Positions 1-7,535 are shown, counted from the first letter of the stretch. The stretch is DNA of 60,505 nucleotides from Patescibacteria group bacterium (GCA_035457005.1 DATICB010000017.1:1-60505); one strand, 5' to 3'. Notes: generated by a model from the sequence alone, not told the origin. Numbers and translations are program-made.

Positions 1-121
1 CCTCCTGGTAAAGGAACAGTATACGATCCATCGACACTTGACTCTGGTGGTATAACACATGGCTTTGGGTATCTCATAGTTGTATTATATCATCAATCTC
101 TCAATTCTGAAAGCGTTTTTC

Positions 122-150
122 TTGTCAACATGATAAAAGTATGTTAGTCT
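122..150 (+). promoter_or_regulatory. sigma70-like promoter of the ligase gene, with the ATG 6 nt after the -10 box
   Basis: TTGTCA 122-127, a 17-nt spacer, TAGTCT 145-150, ATG at 157. There is no room for a Shine-Dalgarno, which implies a leaderless mRNA. Confidence 0.4.
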
Positions 151-156
151 CATTCT

Positions 157-1920
157 ATGCAGTTTGGTCATCTTTCTGAGTATTTTGAAAAATTAGAAAA
201 AACATCCTCACGACTTTCGCTTATTAGTATCCTCGCAGAATTATTTAAAGAAGTTGATTCTCCTGACGAAATAGAAAAAATCTGCTACCTGGTGCAAGGA
301 CGAATTGCGCCTTTTTTTGAGGCAACAGAAATTGGCATGGCAGATAAAACAGTTGCTGAAAGTATTGCTAGAGCATATGGATCTTCTAAAGAAGAAGTTC
401 TTAAACACTACGCTAAAAAAGGAGATATGGGTGTTGTTGCACAGGAATTCAGCAAAGAGCAAAGAGCAAAGAGCAAAGAATTATCTGTTGATGAAGTTTT
501 TGCAGTTTTGACAAAAATTGCTCGAACGAGTGGAGAAGGAACAGTTGAAAAAAAGCTGACCATGTTTGCTGATCTTCTGAAAAAAGTAGACTCATTATCT
601 AGTAAGTTTTTGGTCAGGATTCCACTGAGTAATCTTCGTCTTGGGATTGGGGATCCAACAGTTTTGGACGCGCTGTCTACAGTAAAATTAGGAGACAAAA
701 AGCAACGGCATTATTTGGAAGATGCATACAATAGAACATCGGATTTGGGTTTAATTGCCAAAACACTCTGGAGTGTCAAAAATCCCATGCATGCAGTTGC
801 TGCTGTTGAAAAATTGGAGGTCGTTGTTGGTAAGCCAATCAGAAGTGAGCTTTGTGAAAGGCTGCCATCTCCTGAAAAAACAATCGAAAAAATGGGAACA
901 GTGGACAGTCAATTTAAATACGATGGATTTCGCGTGCAAATTCACAAAAATGGAGAAGAAATTTCTCTTTTCTCACGCAATTTAGAAAATATGACCCACA
1001 TGTTTCCAGAATTAATAGAGGGGGCAAAAAGGCAGATTAAAGCACATTCTGCGATTGTGGACAGTGAGGCTTTGGCATACAACCCAGAATCAGAAGAATT
1101 TTTGCCATTTCAGGAGACAACCAAGAGACGAAGAAAACATAATATTGCCGAAACCATGGCAAAATTACCTTTGAAGGCATTTGTTTTTGACATTTTATAC
1201 AAAAATGGCAAAGCGCTTATTGATGAACCTTTGGAAAAACGGTTGGAAATTTTGAAAGAAACAGTTGAAAATGATGACACATTATTTGTTGCAAAAACGT
1301 CAAAAATTAATGACGCAAAAGCGTTGGGACTCATGCTTGATGATGCTATTTCTAAAGGTTTGGAGGGAATTGTTGTGAAAAAATTAAACAGTCCGTACAT
1401 TGCTGGAGCGAGAAATTTTAACTGGGTGAAGCTAAAAAGAAATCAGTCAGGAGAATTAAAAGATACAGTTGATTGCGTTATTTTAGGATACATTTTTGGA
1501 AAAGGGAAGCGCACAGCCTTTGGGGCAGGGGCACTTTTGGTTGGTGTGTATGACAAAAAACAGGATATATTTGTCACAGTGACAAAAATCGGTACAGGTC
1601 TAACGGATGAAGAGTGGAAATCTATTAAGCAAAGGACAAAAGGACTTGAGGTAGATCATAAACCTGCTCGAGTGGAATCTCTCATTACGCCAAGCGTGTG
1701 GGTTAAGCCAGAAATTGTTATCGAAGTTTTAGCAGATGAAATAACCAGAAGTCCTATTCACACAGCAGGAGCGGTTTTGAAAGAAGGAAAGGTAGTAGAG
1801 CCAGGCTATGCACTGCGATTTCCGAGATTAGTCAATTTCCGAGACAAAGATAAAAAGGCAGAAGATGCAACAGACACAAAAGAATTGATTGAAATGTATC
1901 AAGAGCAAGGTAAAAAGTAA
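157..1920 (+). CDS. ATP-dependent DNA ligase (archaeal/eukaryal Lig1-like)
   Basis: 587-aa ORF. The adenylation motif I is KYDGFRVQIHK. Also present are EGIVVKK and WVKLK motifs and an OB-fold-like C-terminus. Composition is Lys-rich, as is typical for this window. Confidence 0.9.
   Translation: MQFGHLSEYFEKLEKTSSRLSLISILAELFKEVDSPDEIEKICYLVQGRIAPFFEATEIGMADKTVAESIARAYGSSKEEVLKHYAKKGDMGVVAQEFSKEQRAKSKELSVDEVFAVLTKIARTSGEGTVEKKLTMFADLLKKVDSLSSKFLVRIPLSNLRLGIGDPTVLDALSTVKLGDKKQRHYLEDAYNRTSDLGLIAKTLWSVKNPMHAVAAVEKLEVVVGKPIRSELCERLPSPEKTIEKMGTVDSQFKYDGFRVQIHKNGEEISLFSRNLENMTHMFPELIEGAKRQIKAHSAIVDSEALAYNPESEEFLPFQETTKRRRKHNIAETMAKLPLKAFVFDILYKNGKALIDEPLEKRLEILKETVENDDTLFVAKTSKINDAKALGLMLDDAISKGLEGIVVKKLNSPYIAGARNFNWVKLKRNQSGELKDTVDCVILGYIFGKGKRTAFGAGALLVGVYDKKQDIFVTVTKIGTGLTDEEWKSIKQRTKGLEVDHKPARVESLITPSVWVKPEIVIEVLADEITRSPIHTAGAVLKEGKVVEPGYALRFPRLVNFRDKDKKAEDATDTKELIEMYQEQGKK
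451..478 (+). repeat. perfect heptanucleotide tandem repeat (AGCAAAG)x4 inside the ligase ORF
   Basis: agcaaag agcaaag agcaaag agcaaag is read directly from the sequence. It is translated as SKEQRAKSK. Confidence 0.95.
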
Positions 1921-2145
1921 GCATGGCACGTAAAGATACATCAGGACCTCAATGTGTCAACGGAATGGGTGAATGTCCGAGGGAATGTGAATTACAGCAA
2001 CTCATTGACGATTTAGGTATTGCCTATCCAGATTATGACAAGGGAGCTTTCCAGAAAAAATTAGGAGAAGTATGTCTGAGAAGACGTCTTAATGGGAGGA
2101 CACGACAACCCCGCAGACATCCATAACGTCTGGTACAATAGCCAC

Positions 2146-3606
2146 ATGATCGATATCGTTGCTGATTTACATCTACACAGTAAATATTCACGTGCTGTCA
2201 GTCCGCAAATGACAACACCTCTTATGGCACACGTTGCAGCGCAAAAAGGAATAGAACTATTGGCAACAGGAGACTGGACGCATCCGGTGTGGTTTCGTGA
2301 GCTGCAAGCAAATGTAGAAGAAGCAGAAGAAGGACTTTTCAAGCTAAAATCCCAAACCCCAAGCTCCAAATCCCAAATCCAAAATCCCAAATCACAAAAC
2401 GGTACTGATGAAAATCGAAAAGAAGCCAGATTTCTTTTGTCCACAGAGGTTGCGACGATTTTTTCGCAAAATGGAAAAGGAAGACGGATCCACCAATTAA
2501 TTTTTGTTCCGTCATTTGCAACTGCTGAAAAAGTTAATAAAGAGCTAATAAAAAGAGGCTTTAATTTGTCTTCTGATGGCAGGCCAATTATTGGTTTGTC
2601 TAGTAAAAATCTGCTCTCACTTCTTTTAGAAATTGATGAAAGATCGCTTTTAATTCCAGCCCATGCATGGACGCCGTGGTTTGGTATTTATGGACAAATG
2701 TCGGGATTTAACAGTTTGTCAGAGGCATTTGAAAACCTAGCGCCACACGTGTATGGCATTGAGACAGGACTTTCTTCCGATCCGGAAATGAATTGGCAAG
2801 TGGATGAGTTGCGGACTCGTTCGATTCTTTCTTTTTCCGATGCACATTCGCTGTCAAAAATGGGAAGAGAGGCAACAATTTTTCGATTGGAAAATTTAAG
2901 TTATGAAAATATACGTGCTGCTATCATGCAGCCGTCTCTTGTCTCTAGTCATCAGTCATTGGCTAAAGACCAAAGACAAAGAGCAAAAGACCAAGTGCTC
3001 TACACTATCGAGTTTTATCCAGAAGAGGGAAAATATCACTATTCAGGACATAGAAATTGCAAAATTACCATGACACCAGAAGAGCAAGAGAAAGCAAATA
3101 ATATGTGTCCTGTCTGCAAGAGACGACTGACCGACGGTGTCATGCGACGCGTCACTGAATTATCCCAAGAAAAACCACGAGGACTTCATAAGGCAAACAG
3201 TAAAGGTCTGGTGTGGATTGCTGATCCAAAAAATATCCATCCACCATTTGTTAAAATAGTGCCACTGCAGGAAATTATTGCCGAGGCAATAAGCAGACCT
3301 GTCACGTCACCGAAAGTAAAAGTTATTTTTGATGTACTTTGTGAAAAAGGAATATCCGAATTTCATGTACTCCTGCATCTATCGTTGGATGAAATTAGCA
3401 AGATTGTTGCAACAATTTCTTCACCAGAGTATGCAGCAAGAATTCGAGACGGTATTCAAAAAGTTCGGGAAGAACATATTATTATTCAGCCTGGATTTGA
3501 TGGGGTTTTTGGGACAGTAAAAATTTGGCAAGAAGACAATGATGTTGCAAAAGATACCGATGAAAGTTTGAATAGTGCTAAAGAACAAATAGGACTGGGA
3601 TTTTAG
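2146..3606 (+). CDS. PHP-domain endonuclease Q (EndoQ)-like protein
   Basis: Motifs seen are ADLHLHSKYSRAVS, PAHAWTPW, SFSDAHS, GKYHYSGH, the zinc ribbon CPVCKRRLTDGVMRRV, and C-terminal IIIQPGFDGVFG. The ORF track starts at 2092, but the conserved N-terminus begins at the in-frame ATG 2146. Confidence 0.7.
   Translation: MIDIVADLHLHSKYSRAVSPQMTTPLMAHVAAQKGIELLATGDWTHPVWFRELQANVEEAEEGLFKLKSQTPSSKSQIQNPKSQNGTDENRKEARFLLSTEVATIFSQNGKGRRIHQLIFVPSFATAEKVNKELIKRGFNLSSDGRPIIGLSSKNLLSLLLEIDERSLLIPAHAWTPWFGIYGQMSGFNSLSEAFENLAPHVYGIETGLSSDPEMNWQVDELRTRSILSFSDAHSLSKMGREATIFRLENLSYENIRAAIMQPSLVSSHQSLAKDQRQRAKDQVLYTIEFYPEEGKYHYSGHRNCKITMTPEEQEKANNMCPVCKRRLTDGVMRRVTELSQEKPRGLHKANSKGLVWIADPKNIHPPFVKIVPLQEIIAEAISRPVTSPKVKVIFDVLCEKGISEFHVLLHLSLDEISKIVATISSPEYAARIRDGIQKVREEHIIIQPGFDGVFGTVKIWQEDNDVAKDTDESLNSAKEQIGLGF
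2347..2395 (+). repeat. 7-nt-periodic array of the AAATCCC family, in frame in the EndoQ-like gene
   Basis: The units are aaatccc aaacccc aagctcc aaatccc aaatcca aaatccc aaatcac. They encode KSQTPSSKSQIQNPKSQ. Confidence 0.9.
2963..2997 (+). repeat. 7-nt-periodic array of the CAAAGAG/CTAAAGA family, in frame in the EndoQ-like gene
   Basis: The units are ctaaaga ccaaaga caaagag caaaaga ccaagtg. They encode AKDQRQRAKDQ. The unit is related to the ligase AGCAAAG repeat. Confidence 0.8.
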
Positions 3607-3680
3607 TCTAGCGCTTCATATCTGCTTCACATTGTTTTCCTTTCTTCTTTTTTCTATCCTCTTGCCAGAGGAAATGTAAT

Positions 3681-3830
3681 ATGACATTTACAGAAAAAGC
3701 AAAAATTGTTTTGGTACAAAACAATACAGATGTCCCGCAGCCGCCTTATGTCCCTAATGGATGGAATCCATGGGAGAGGCCTTACGGTCCAAAAGATGTT
3801 GTGGGAATAACAGATTCGAAAAGGAGGTAA
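3681..3830 (+). CDS. micro-protein A (49 aa, Pro/Trp-rich), first gene of a four-ORF operon
   Basis: The ORF runs from ATG 3681 to TAA 3828-3830. Translation is MTFTEKAKIVLVQNNTDVPQPPYVPNGWNPWERPYGPKDVVGITDSKRR. It is below the 60-aa cut-off of the ORF track. Its 3' end carries the AAGGAGG RBS of the next ORF. Confidence 0.45.
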   Translation: MTFTEKAKIVLVQNNTDVPQPPYVPNGWNPWERPYGPKDVVGITDSKRR

Positions 3831-3835
3831 GCAAT

Positions 3836-4003
3836 ATGGTATTTGCAATAAAAGAAGCGACAAATAAACAACCAGCACCACGAGCTAAATTAGCCGAGTA
3901 TTATCCGAGAAGAGGATGTGAATGTTCTTGCTTACCTGAACCGCGGTGTCGACCAGGGGACTGGCTGTGCGAAAAGGGAATACGGGAATCTAAAAGATCT
4001 TGA
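3836..4003 (+). CDS. micro-protein B (55 aa, 5 Cys, Pro/Arg-rich)
   Basis: A consensus RBS (aaaaggaggt) lies 7 nt upstream of ATG 3836. Translation is MVFAIKEATNKQPAPRAKLAEYYPRRGCECSCLPEPRCRPGDWLCEKGIRESKRS. Confidence 0.55.
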   Translation: MVFAIKEATNKQPAPRAKLAEYYPRRGCECSCLPEPRCRPGDWLCEKGIRESKRS

Positions 4004-4023
4004 ACAAAAGGAGGTGAATAGAT

Positions 4024-4203
4024 ATGAGTTTTAATCAAAAACGAGAAGGCGGAATGACACAAGGACCAGTACGAGCGGTGTATAACATGGGGGATATACG
4101 ACGAGGATACGAGCCGGAAATGGGTTATCCAGATACTTGTTGTCCTTGCCGTCCATGTGGGCCAAGACGGAGGCCAGAGGTTCCTTATGACTATCCGTTA
4201 TGA
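4024..4203 (+). CDS. micro-protein C (59 aa, CCPCRPC motif)
   Basis: The RBS aaaggaggtg lies 7 nt upstream of ATG 4024. Translation is MSFNQKREGGMTQGPVRAVYNMGDIRRGYEPEMGYPDTCCPCRPCGPRRRPEVPYDYPL. Confidence 0.55.
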   Translation: MSFNQKREGGMTQGPVRAVYNMGDIRRGYEPEMGYPDTCCPCRPCGPRRRPEVPYDYPL

Positions 4204-4361
4204 CTAACGTATTGGAAGCTGTAAAGGTTAGGTGTGTAGCATCAAGTCCTTTGAGGGTTAGATTTGCAAGCTGTGGTGGATGCAATCGTGATTGCGCACC
4301 TGAGCCACCCCGTCTACCAGAAGATTCATCATGGTTAGAACCAGGAGAAATTGTTTTGTAA
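4200..4361 (+). CDS. micro-protein D (53 aa, Cys-rich), ATGA-coupled to C
   Basis: ATG 4200-4202 overlaps the TGA stop of ORF C at 4201-4203. Translation is MTNVLEAVKVRCVASSPLRVRFASCGGCNRDCAPEPPRLPEDSSWLEPGEIVL. It shares a C-x-PEP motif with B. Confidence 0.45.
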   Translation: MTNVLEAVKVRCVASSPLRVRFASCGGCNRDCAPEPPRLPEDSSWLEPGEIVL

Positions 4362-4518
4362 CGATTTGTTGATGAGATATACATTTTTCTCCTCTTGCTT
4401 TTTTAAGTCGTTTCCTTTCATACTGAAAGAAGTAGTGTTCTGATAAAAATTATTATTGGAGTCGTTAGGTCTTCAATAATTGTTTGCACACAGAACAAAT
4501 GAAAGGTGGTGAATAAAA

Positions 4519-4956
4519 ATGGCAAAAAGTAAAAATTGGCAAGACATGATGGAAGAATGGTTTGGTAAGTTGCCAAGTCTTCCAAAAGGTGGACGAGACG
4601 TATTGGCTCAGGTTGCTCCATGGTTTGCATTAATTTTTGGTGTGTTGGGAGTTTTGGCTGGTCTTGGTGGTTTAGGGATTCTCTCAGTTTTATCACCAAT
4701 GATGCTTCTTGGATCAGGACTTGGGACAACAGCAAATACACTCCTGAGTGTTGCAATAGCACTTGTTGGATCAGTTCTTATGCTTGTAGCATTCCCTGGT
4801 CTGAAAAAGCGAAAAATGCAAGGATGGAACTTACTCTTCTGGAGCGAAGCTGTATCATTTGTGTCGTCATTGGTTGCATTCTCATTTGTGGGTGGAGTCA
4901 TTGGCGCACTTATTGGATTTTATCTGTTATACCAGATTAAGTCTTATTACAAATGA
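4519..4956 (+). CDS. small integral membrane protein (3-4 TM helices), function unknown
   Basis: 145-aa ORF with hydrophobic segments such as APWFALIFGVLGVLAGLGGLGIL. The RBS aaaggtggtg lies upstream. Confidence 0.7.
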   Translation: MAKSKNWQDMMEEWFGKLPSLPKGGRDVLAQVAPWFALIFGVLGVLAGLGGLGILSVLSPMMLLGSGLGTTANTLLSVAIALVGSVLMLVAFPGLKKRKMQGWNLLFWSEAVSFVSSLVAFSFVGGVIGALIGFYLLYQIKSYYK

Positions 4957-5048
4957 CAGTGGGTTTTATAGCAAAAAGTTTTCTCTGTTAAGAGGGGACT
5001 TTTTGTCTATTTGGTAGCACTCTTGTTTGGATATTGTATAATCAATAT

Positions 5049-5156
5049 ATGAAACTACTTGTTGGCCTTGTCCTCCTGATTTTACCGCTTGCCTTTCCAA
5101 TTCTGTTCGAATACGGCTCACGGGGCAATCTGAGGAGGATCTCGCATTATCTATGA
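5049..5156 (+). CDS. 35-aa hydrophobic upstream ORF, ATGA-coupled to pth
   Basis: A TATAAT box sits 6 nt before ATG 5049. Translation is MKLLVGLVLLILPLAFPILFEYGSRGNLRRISHYL. Its stop (TGA 5154-5156) overlaps the pth ATG (5153-5155). The first 7 codons resemble the pth start. Confidence 0.35.
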   Translation: MKLLVGLVLLILPLAFPILFEYGSRGNLRRISHYL

Positions 5157-5773
5157 AACTATTGATTGGACTCGGAAATCCTGGAGAAAAATACGAAACA
5201 ACAAGGCATAATATTGGTTTTATGGCCTTAGATCAATTTCTCAAAGACTTCGAGTCAACAAAAAATACTGTGTGGCAATCTTCAGACACATTTAAATCAG
5301 ATATCGCAGAAATTATCTGGCAGCACAAAAAAGAAACGTCTGGAAAAGTTCCTCATGGTGGTGAAAAAGTTATCTTGGTGAAACCAAAAACATACATGAA
5401 TGATTCTGGTCTTGCAGTGAGTCTTGTAAAAAATTTTTACAAAGTAGAGCCCGAAGACATTTGGGTTTTGCATGATGATGTTGATTTTCCGATAGGGAGC
5501 ATGAAGATTCGCTTTGGCGGTGCCTCAGCAGGGCATAGGGGCATTATGTCAATCATTGAAAAATTGGGAACAGATAAGTTTTACCGATTTCGCTTAGGCA
5601 TTGGGAGGCCTGGCGAAAGTGAACATTCAGGAGTAAGTCATTATGTTTTGGATAGTTTTAGCCATGAAGACCATGGAAAAGTGCGAGAACTCTTAAAAAG
5701 AACAAGTAAAGCATTACAGGTAGGACTCGAAAAGGGACTTGAGAAAGCAATGAATCAATACAATACAAAATAA
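5153..5773 (+). CDS. pth: peptidyl-tRNA hydrolase
   Basis: N-terminus MKLLIGLGNPGEKYETTRHNIGF, plus KPKTYMNDSG and GHRGIMS motifs. Confidence 0.95.
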   Translation: MKLLIGLGNPGEKYETTRHNIGFMALDQFLKDFESTKNTVWQSSDTFKSDIAEIIWQHKKETSGKVPHGGEKVILVKPKTYMNDSGLAVSLVKNFYKVEPEDIWVLHDDVDFPIGSMKIRFGGASAGHRGIMSIIEKLGTDKFYRFRLGIGRPGESEHSGVSHYVLDSFSHEDHGKVRELLKRTSKALQVGLEKGLEKAMNQYNTK

Positions 5774-5967
5774 TGGGAATTATACGAAGATTATCACGTA
5801 AAAAAGGTTCGAAGAGGCGCAGGGAAGGTTGGCAAGATTCAGGAGAGTCTCGAGTACTTGTTTTGTTTGCACAACCGTTGGATGTGTATCAGGATGACGG
5901 AAATAAAGACGCAGAACAGAAATTTTGGGAAAGAATGAGACAAATGAATATGCCACGTTTGGTGTAG
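5773..5967 (+). CDS. small basic protein (64 aa); its start overlaps the pth stop by 1 nt
   Basis: The junction reads taATGg at 5771-5775. Translation begins MGIIRRLSRKKGSKRRREGW. No family was recognised. Confidence 0.4.
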   Translation: MGIIRRLSRKKGSKRRREGWQDSGESRVLVLFAQPLDVYQDDGNKDAEQKFWERMRQMNMPRLV

Positions 5968-5977
5968 AACATTAGTA

Positions 5978-6005
5978 TTGACATAGAGGGAAAGAGTTGT
6001 ATACT
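5978..6005 (+). promoter_or_regulatory. sigma70-like promoter (TTGACA-16-TATACT)
   Basis: TTGACA 5978-5983 and TATACT 6000-6005, upstream of the 6039 ORF. Confidence 0.5.
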
Positions 6006-6038
6006 GCATATAGTTTTCAGGAGAAAAAAAGGAAAGAT

Positions 6039-6278
6039 ATGGGAAGATTAAGAGAAAGGGTACAAGTAACAATAAGGGGAGTAAAAAATGCCGCACAAAG
6101 CGCAATTGATTTGGTTCGCGGAGTTCCGCAAGAGCCTTCAGTGCCGCCAATGGGAGAAATATCAAGTTGGGCAGCTTCTTTAGATCCAAATTGGCCTGAC
6201 GAAGATCACAATCAACGTGAAGGAGTAGCACCAAAAGGCCGACGACGTTCAGGTGATGGTCAATTTGGTCTGAGATAA
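6039..6278 (+). CDS. small Pro/Arg/Gly-rich protein (79 aa)
   Basis: ATG 6039 is preceded by a purine-rich aggag...aaaggaaag stretch. The ORF-track start at 5997 lies inside the promoter. Translation begins MGRLRERVQVTIRG and contains DPNWPDEDHNQREG. Confidence 0.4.
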   Translation: MGRLRERVQVTIRGVKNAAQSAIDLVRGVPQEPSVPPMGEISSWAASLDPNWPDEDHNQREGVAPKGRRRSGDGQFGLR

Positions 6279-6340
6279 CTTGTTCAATAGAGCACTCCGT
6301 TATTTTAAATAAAGTTAGCATTGTCTGCTATACTATCCTT

Positions 6341-6610
6341 ATGCAATCTATTAAGCAGGTTTTAGATACGTTTAATCCCACAACAGACAAGTACATTTCT
6401 CGCGAATTTCAGAGCTTTGGGGTTCATTTAGCAGAAGCACTTGATGACTACAAACATAAATCACTGTATATAAAAATGGCCAAGACAGTTCATCGATCGA
6501 TTTTAGAAAAAGCACTTTCATTTTGTGTAGATAGCAATGCAAAAAGTAAAGGCGCGCTTTTTATGTGGAAGGTACAACAATTAAAAAAAAGCTTTAAAAT
6601 AGAAAAATAA
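6341..6610 (+). CDS. hypothetical protein (89 aa, Lys-rich, helical)
   Basis: Clean ORF with native-looking composition. No motif was recognised. Confidence 0.6.
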   Translation: MQSIKQVLDTFNPTTDKYISREFQSFGVHLAEALDDYKHKSLYIKMAKTVHRSILEKALSFCVDSNAKSKGALFMWKVQQLKKSFKIEK

Positions 6611-6620
6611 TCTCATTGTC

Positions 6621-6681
6621 ATTCCCGATTTGATCAGGAATCTATAGAAACAGGAACTAGATCCCGCACCAAGTGCGGGAT
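6621..6681. repeat. twin hairpin, REP-like element
   Basis: Hairpin 1 is attcccgat-ttg-atcaggaat. Hairpin 2 is atcccgcac-caa-gtgcgggat, a perfect 9-bp stem. No U-tract follows. Confidence 0.6.
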
Positions 6682-6693
6682 GACACAGAAACT

Positions 6694-7257
6694 ATGCCTA
6701 AGAAAGAAAAAAAATTATCAAAACTCGCAGCATTTTTTACCTCTCCCAGATGGGCGTATGTGGGATCATTTTTGCTCTCAATTATTCTTGTGTGGTTGGC
6801 ATTTAGATTCCAGCACAGAATTGAGCATTTTCGCTCCCTTGGGCTTTTGGGAATTTTTCTGATTAATCTTATTGGGTCATCCACTCTTTTTTTACCAGCA
6901 CCTGCTATTGCAAGCGTTGTTGCTGGGGGAGTTGTTTTTCCGCCATTTTTAGTTGCTTTGGTTGCTGCATTTGGCGCATCGTTAGGCGATATGCTTGGCT
7001 ATATTCTTGGCAGGACAGGGAAGCATATTGTCCTTAATCACACAGAAAAAAAGTGGTTTTCGTGGTTTCGTAGCATTTTCTCTCGTTTTGCAGATATTCT
7101 TATTTTTGCCTTTGCTTTTCTTCCTAATCCATTCTTTGATGGCATAGGGATTTTGGCAGGAATTTCTGAGTATCCACCAACGAAATTTTTCCTCCTTATG
7201 TTTGTGGGACGATTTGCAAGAAATGTTTTACTAGCTCTCATTGGAGCAAAATTATGA
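6694..7257 (+). CDS. DedA/YqaA-type (VTT domain) membrane protein
   Basis: Motifs LINLIGSSTLFLPAPAIASVVAGG and FGASLGDMLGYILGR. ATG 6694 (MPKKEKK) is preferred over the upstream GTG 6673, which lies inside a hairpin. Confidence 0.75.
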   Translation: MPKKEKKLSKLAAFFTSPRWAYVGSFLLSIILVWLAFRFQHRIEHFRSLGLLGIFLINLIGSSTLFLPAPAIASVVAGGVVFPPFLVALVAAFGASLGDMLGYILGRTGKHIVLNHTEKKWFSWFRSIFSRFADILIFAFAFLPNPFFDGIGILAGISEYPPTKFFLLMFVGRFARNVLLALIGAKL

Positions 7258-7535
7258 AAGTAGTTCATCTATTAATTTTTGGCAAAGTACATGGTGTAGG
7301 ATTTCGCAGTTACGTTAAGCATAATGCGCGGAAACTAGGACTTGTGGGATGGGTTCGTAATTTACCCGAAGGAACAGTAGAAGCAGAAGTGAGTGGTTCT
7401 GAAAAGGCAGTTGATCAACTCGTTCAATTATCTAAAAAGGGACCATTTTTAGCAGAGGTAACAAGTGTTGATGTGACAGATATGGAAAAAGATTTTCCCT
7501 ACAGTGAATTTCTCCTGCGCCACGATGTGGAGTGA
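7254..7535 (+). CDS. acyP: acylphosphatase
   Basis: Motif GKVHGVGFRSYVKHNARKLGLVGWVRNLPEGTVE. The start overlaps the upstream stop (ATGA). Confidence 0.9.
   Translation: MKVVHLLIFGKVHGVGFRSYVKHNARKLGLVGWVRNLPEGTVEAEVSGSEKAVDQLVQLSKKGPFLAEVTSVDVTDMEKDFPYSEFLLRHDVE

Noticed and set aside
1923-2126. A 67-aa ORF between the ligase and the EndoQ-like gene.
   Set aside because: It overlaps the extended EndoQ frame, and it has no recognisable motif or clear RBS. It could be real, but it cannot be supported from sequence alone.
4031-4384. A 117-aa minus-strand ORF with a plausible GAGGAG RBS.
   Set aside because: It is antisense to two plus-strand micro-ORFs that have consensus RBSs and ATGA coupling, and its translation has no recognisable features. 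It is kept only as an alternative that strand-specific RNA-seq could test.
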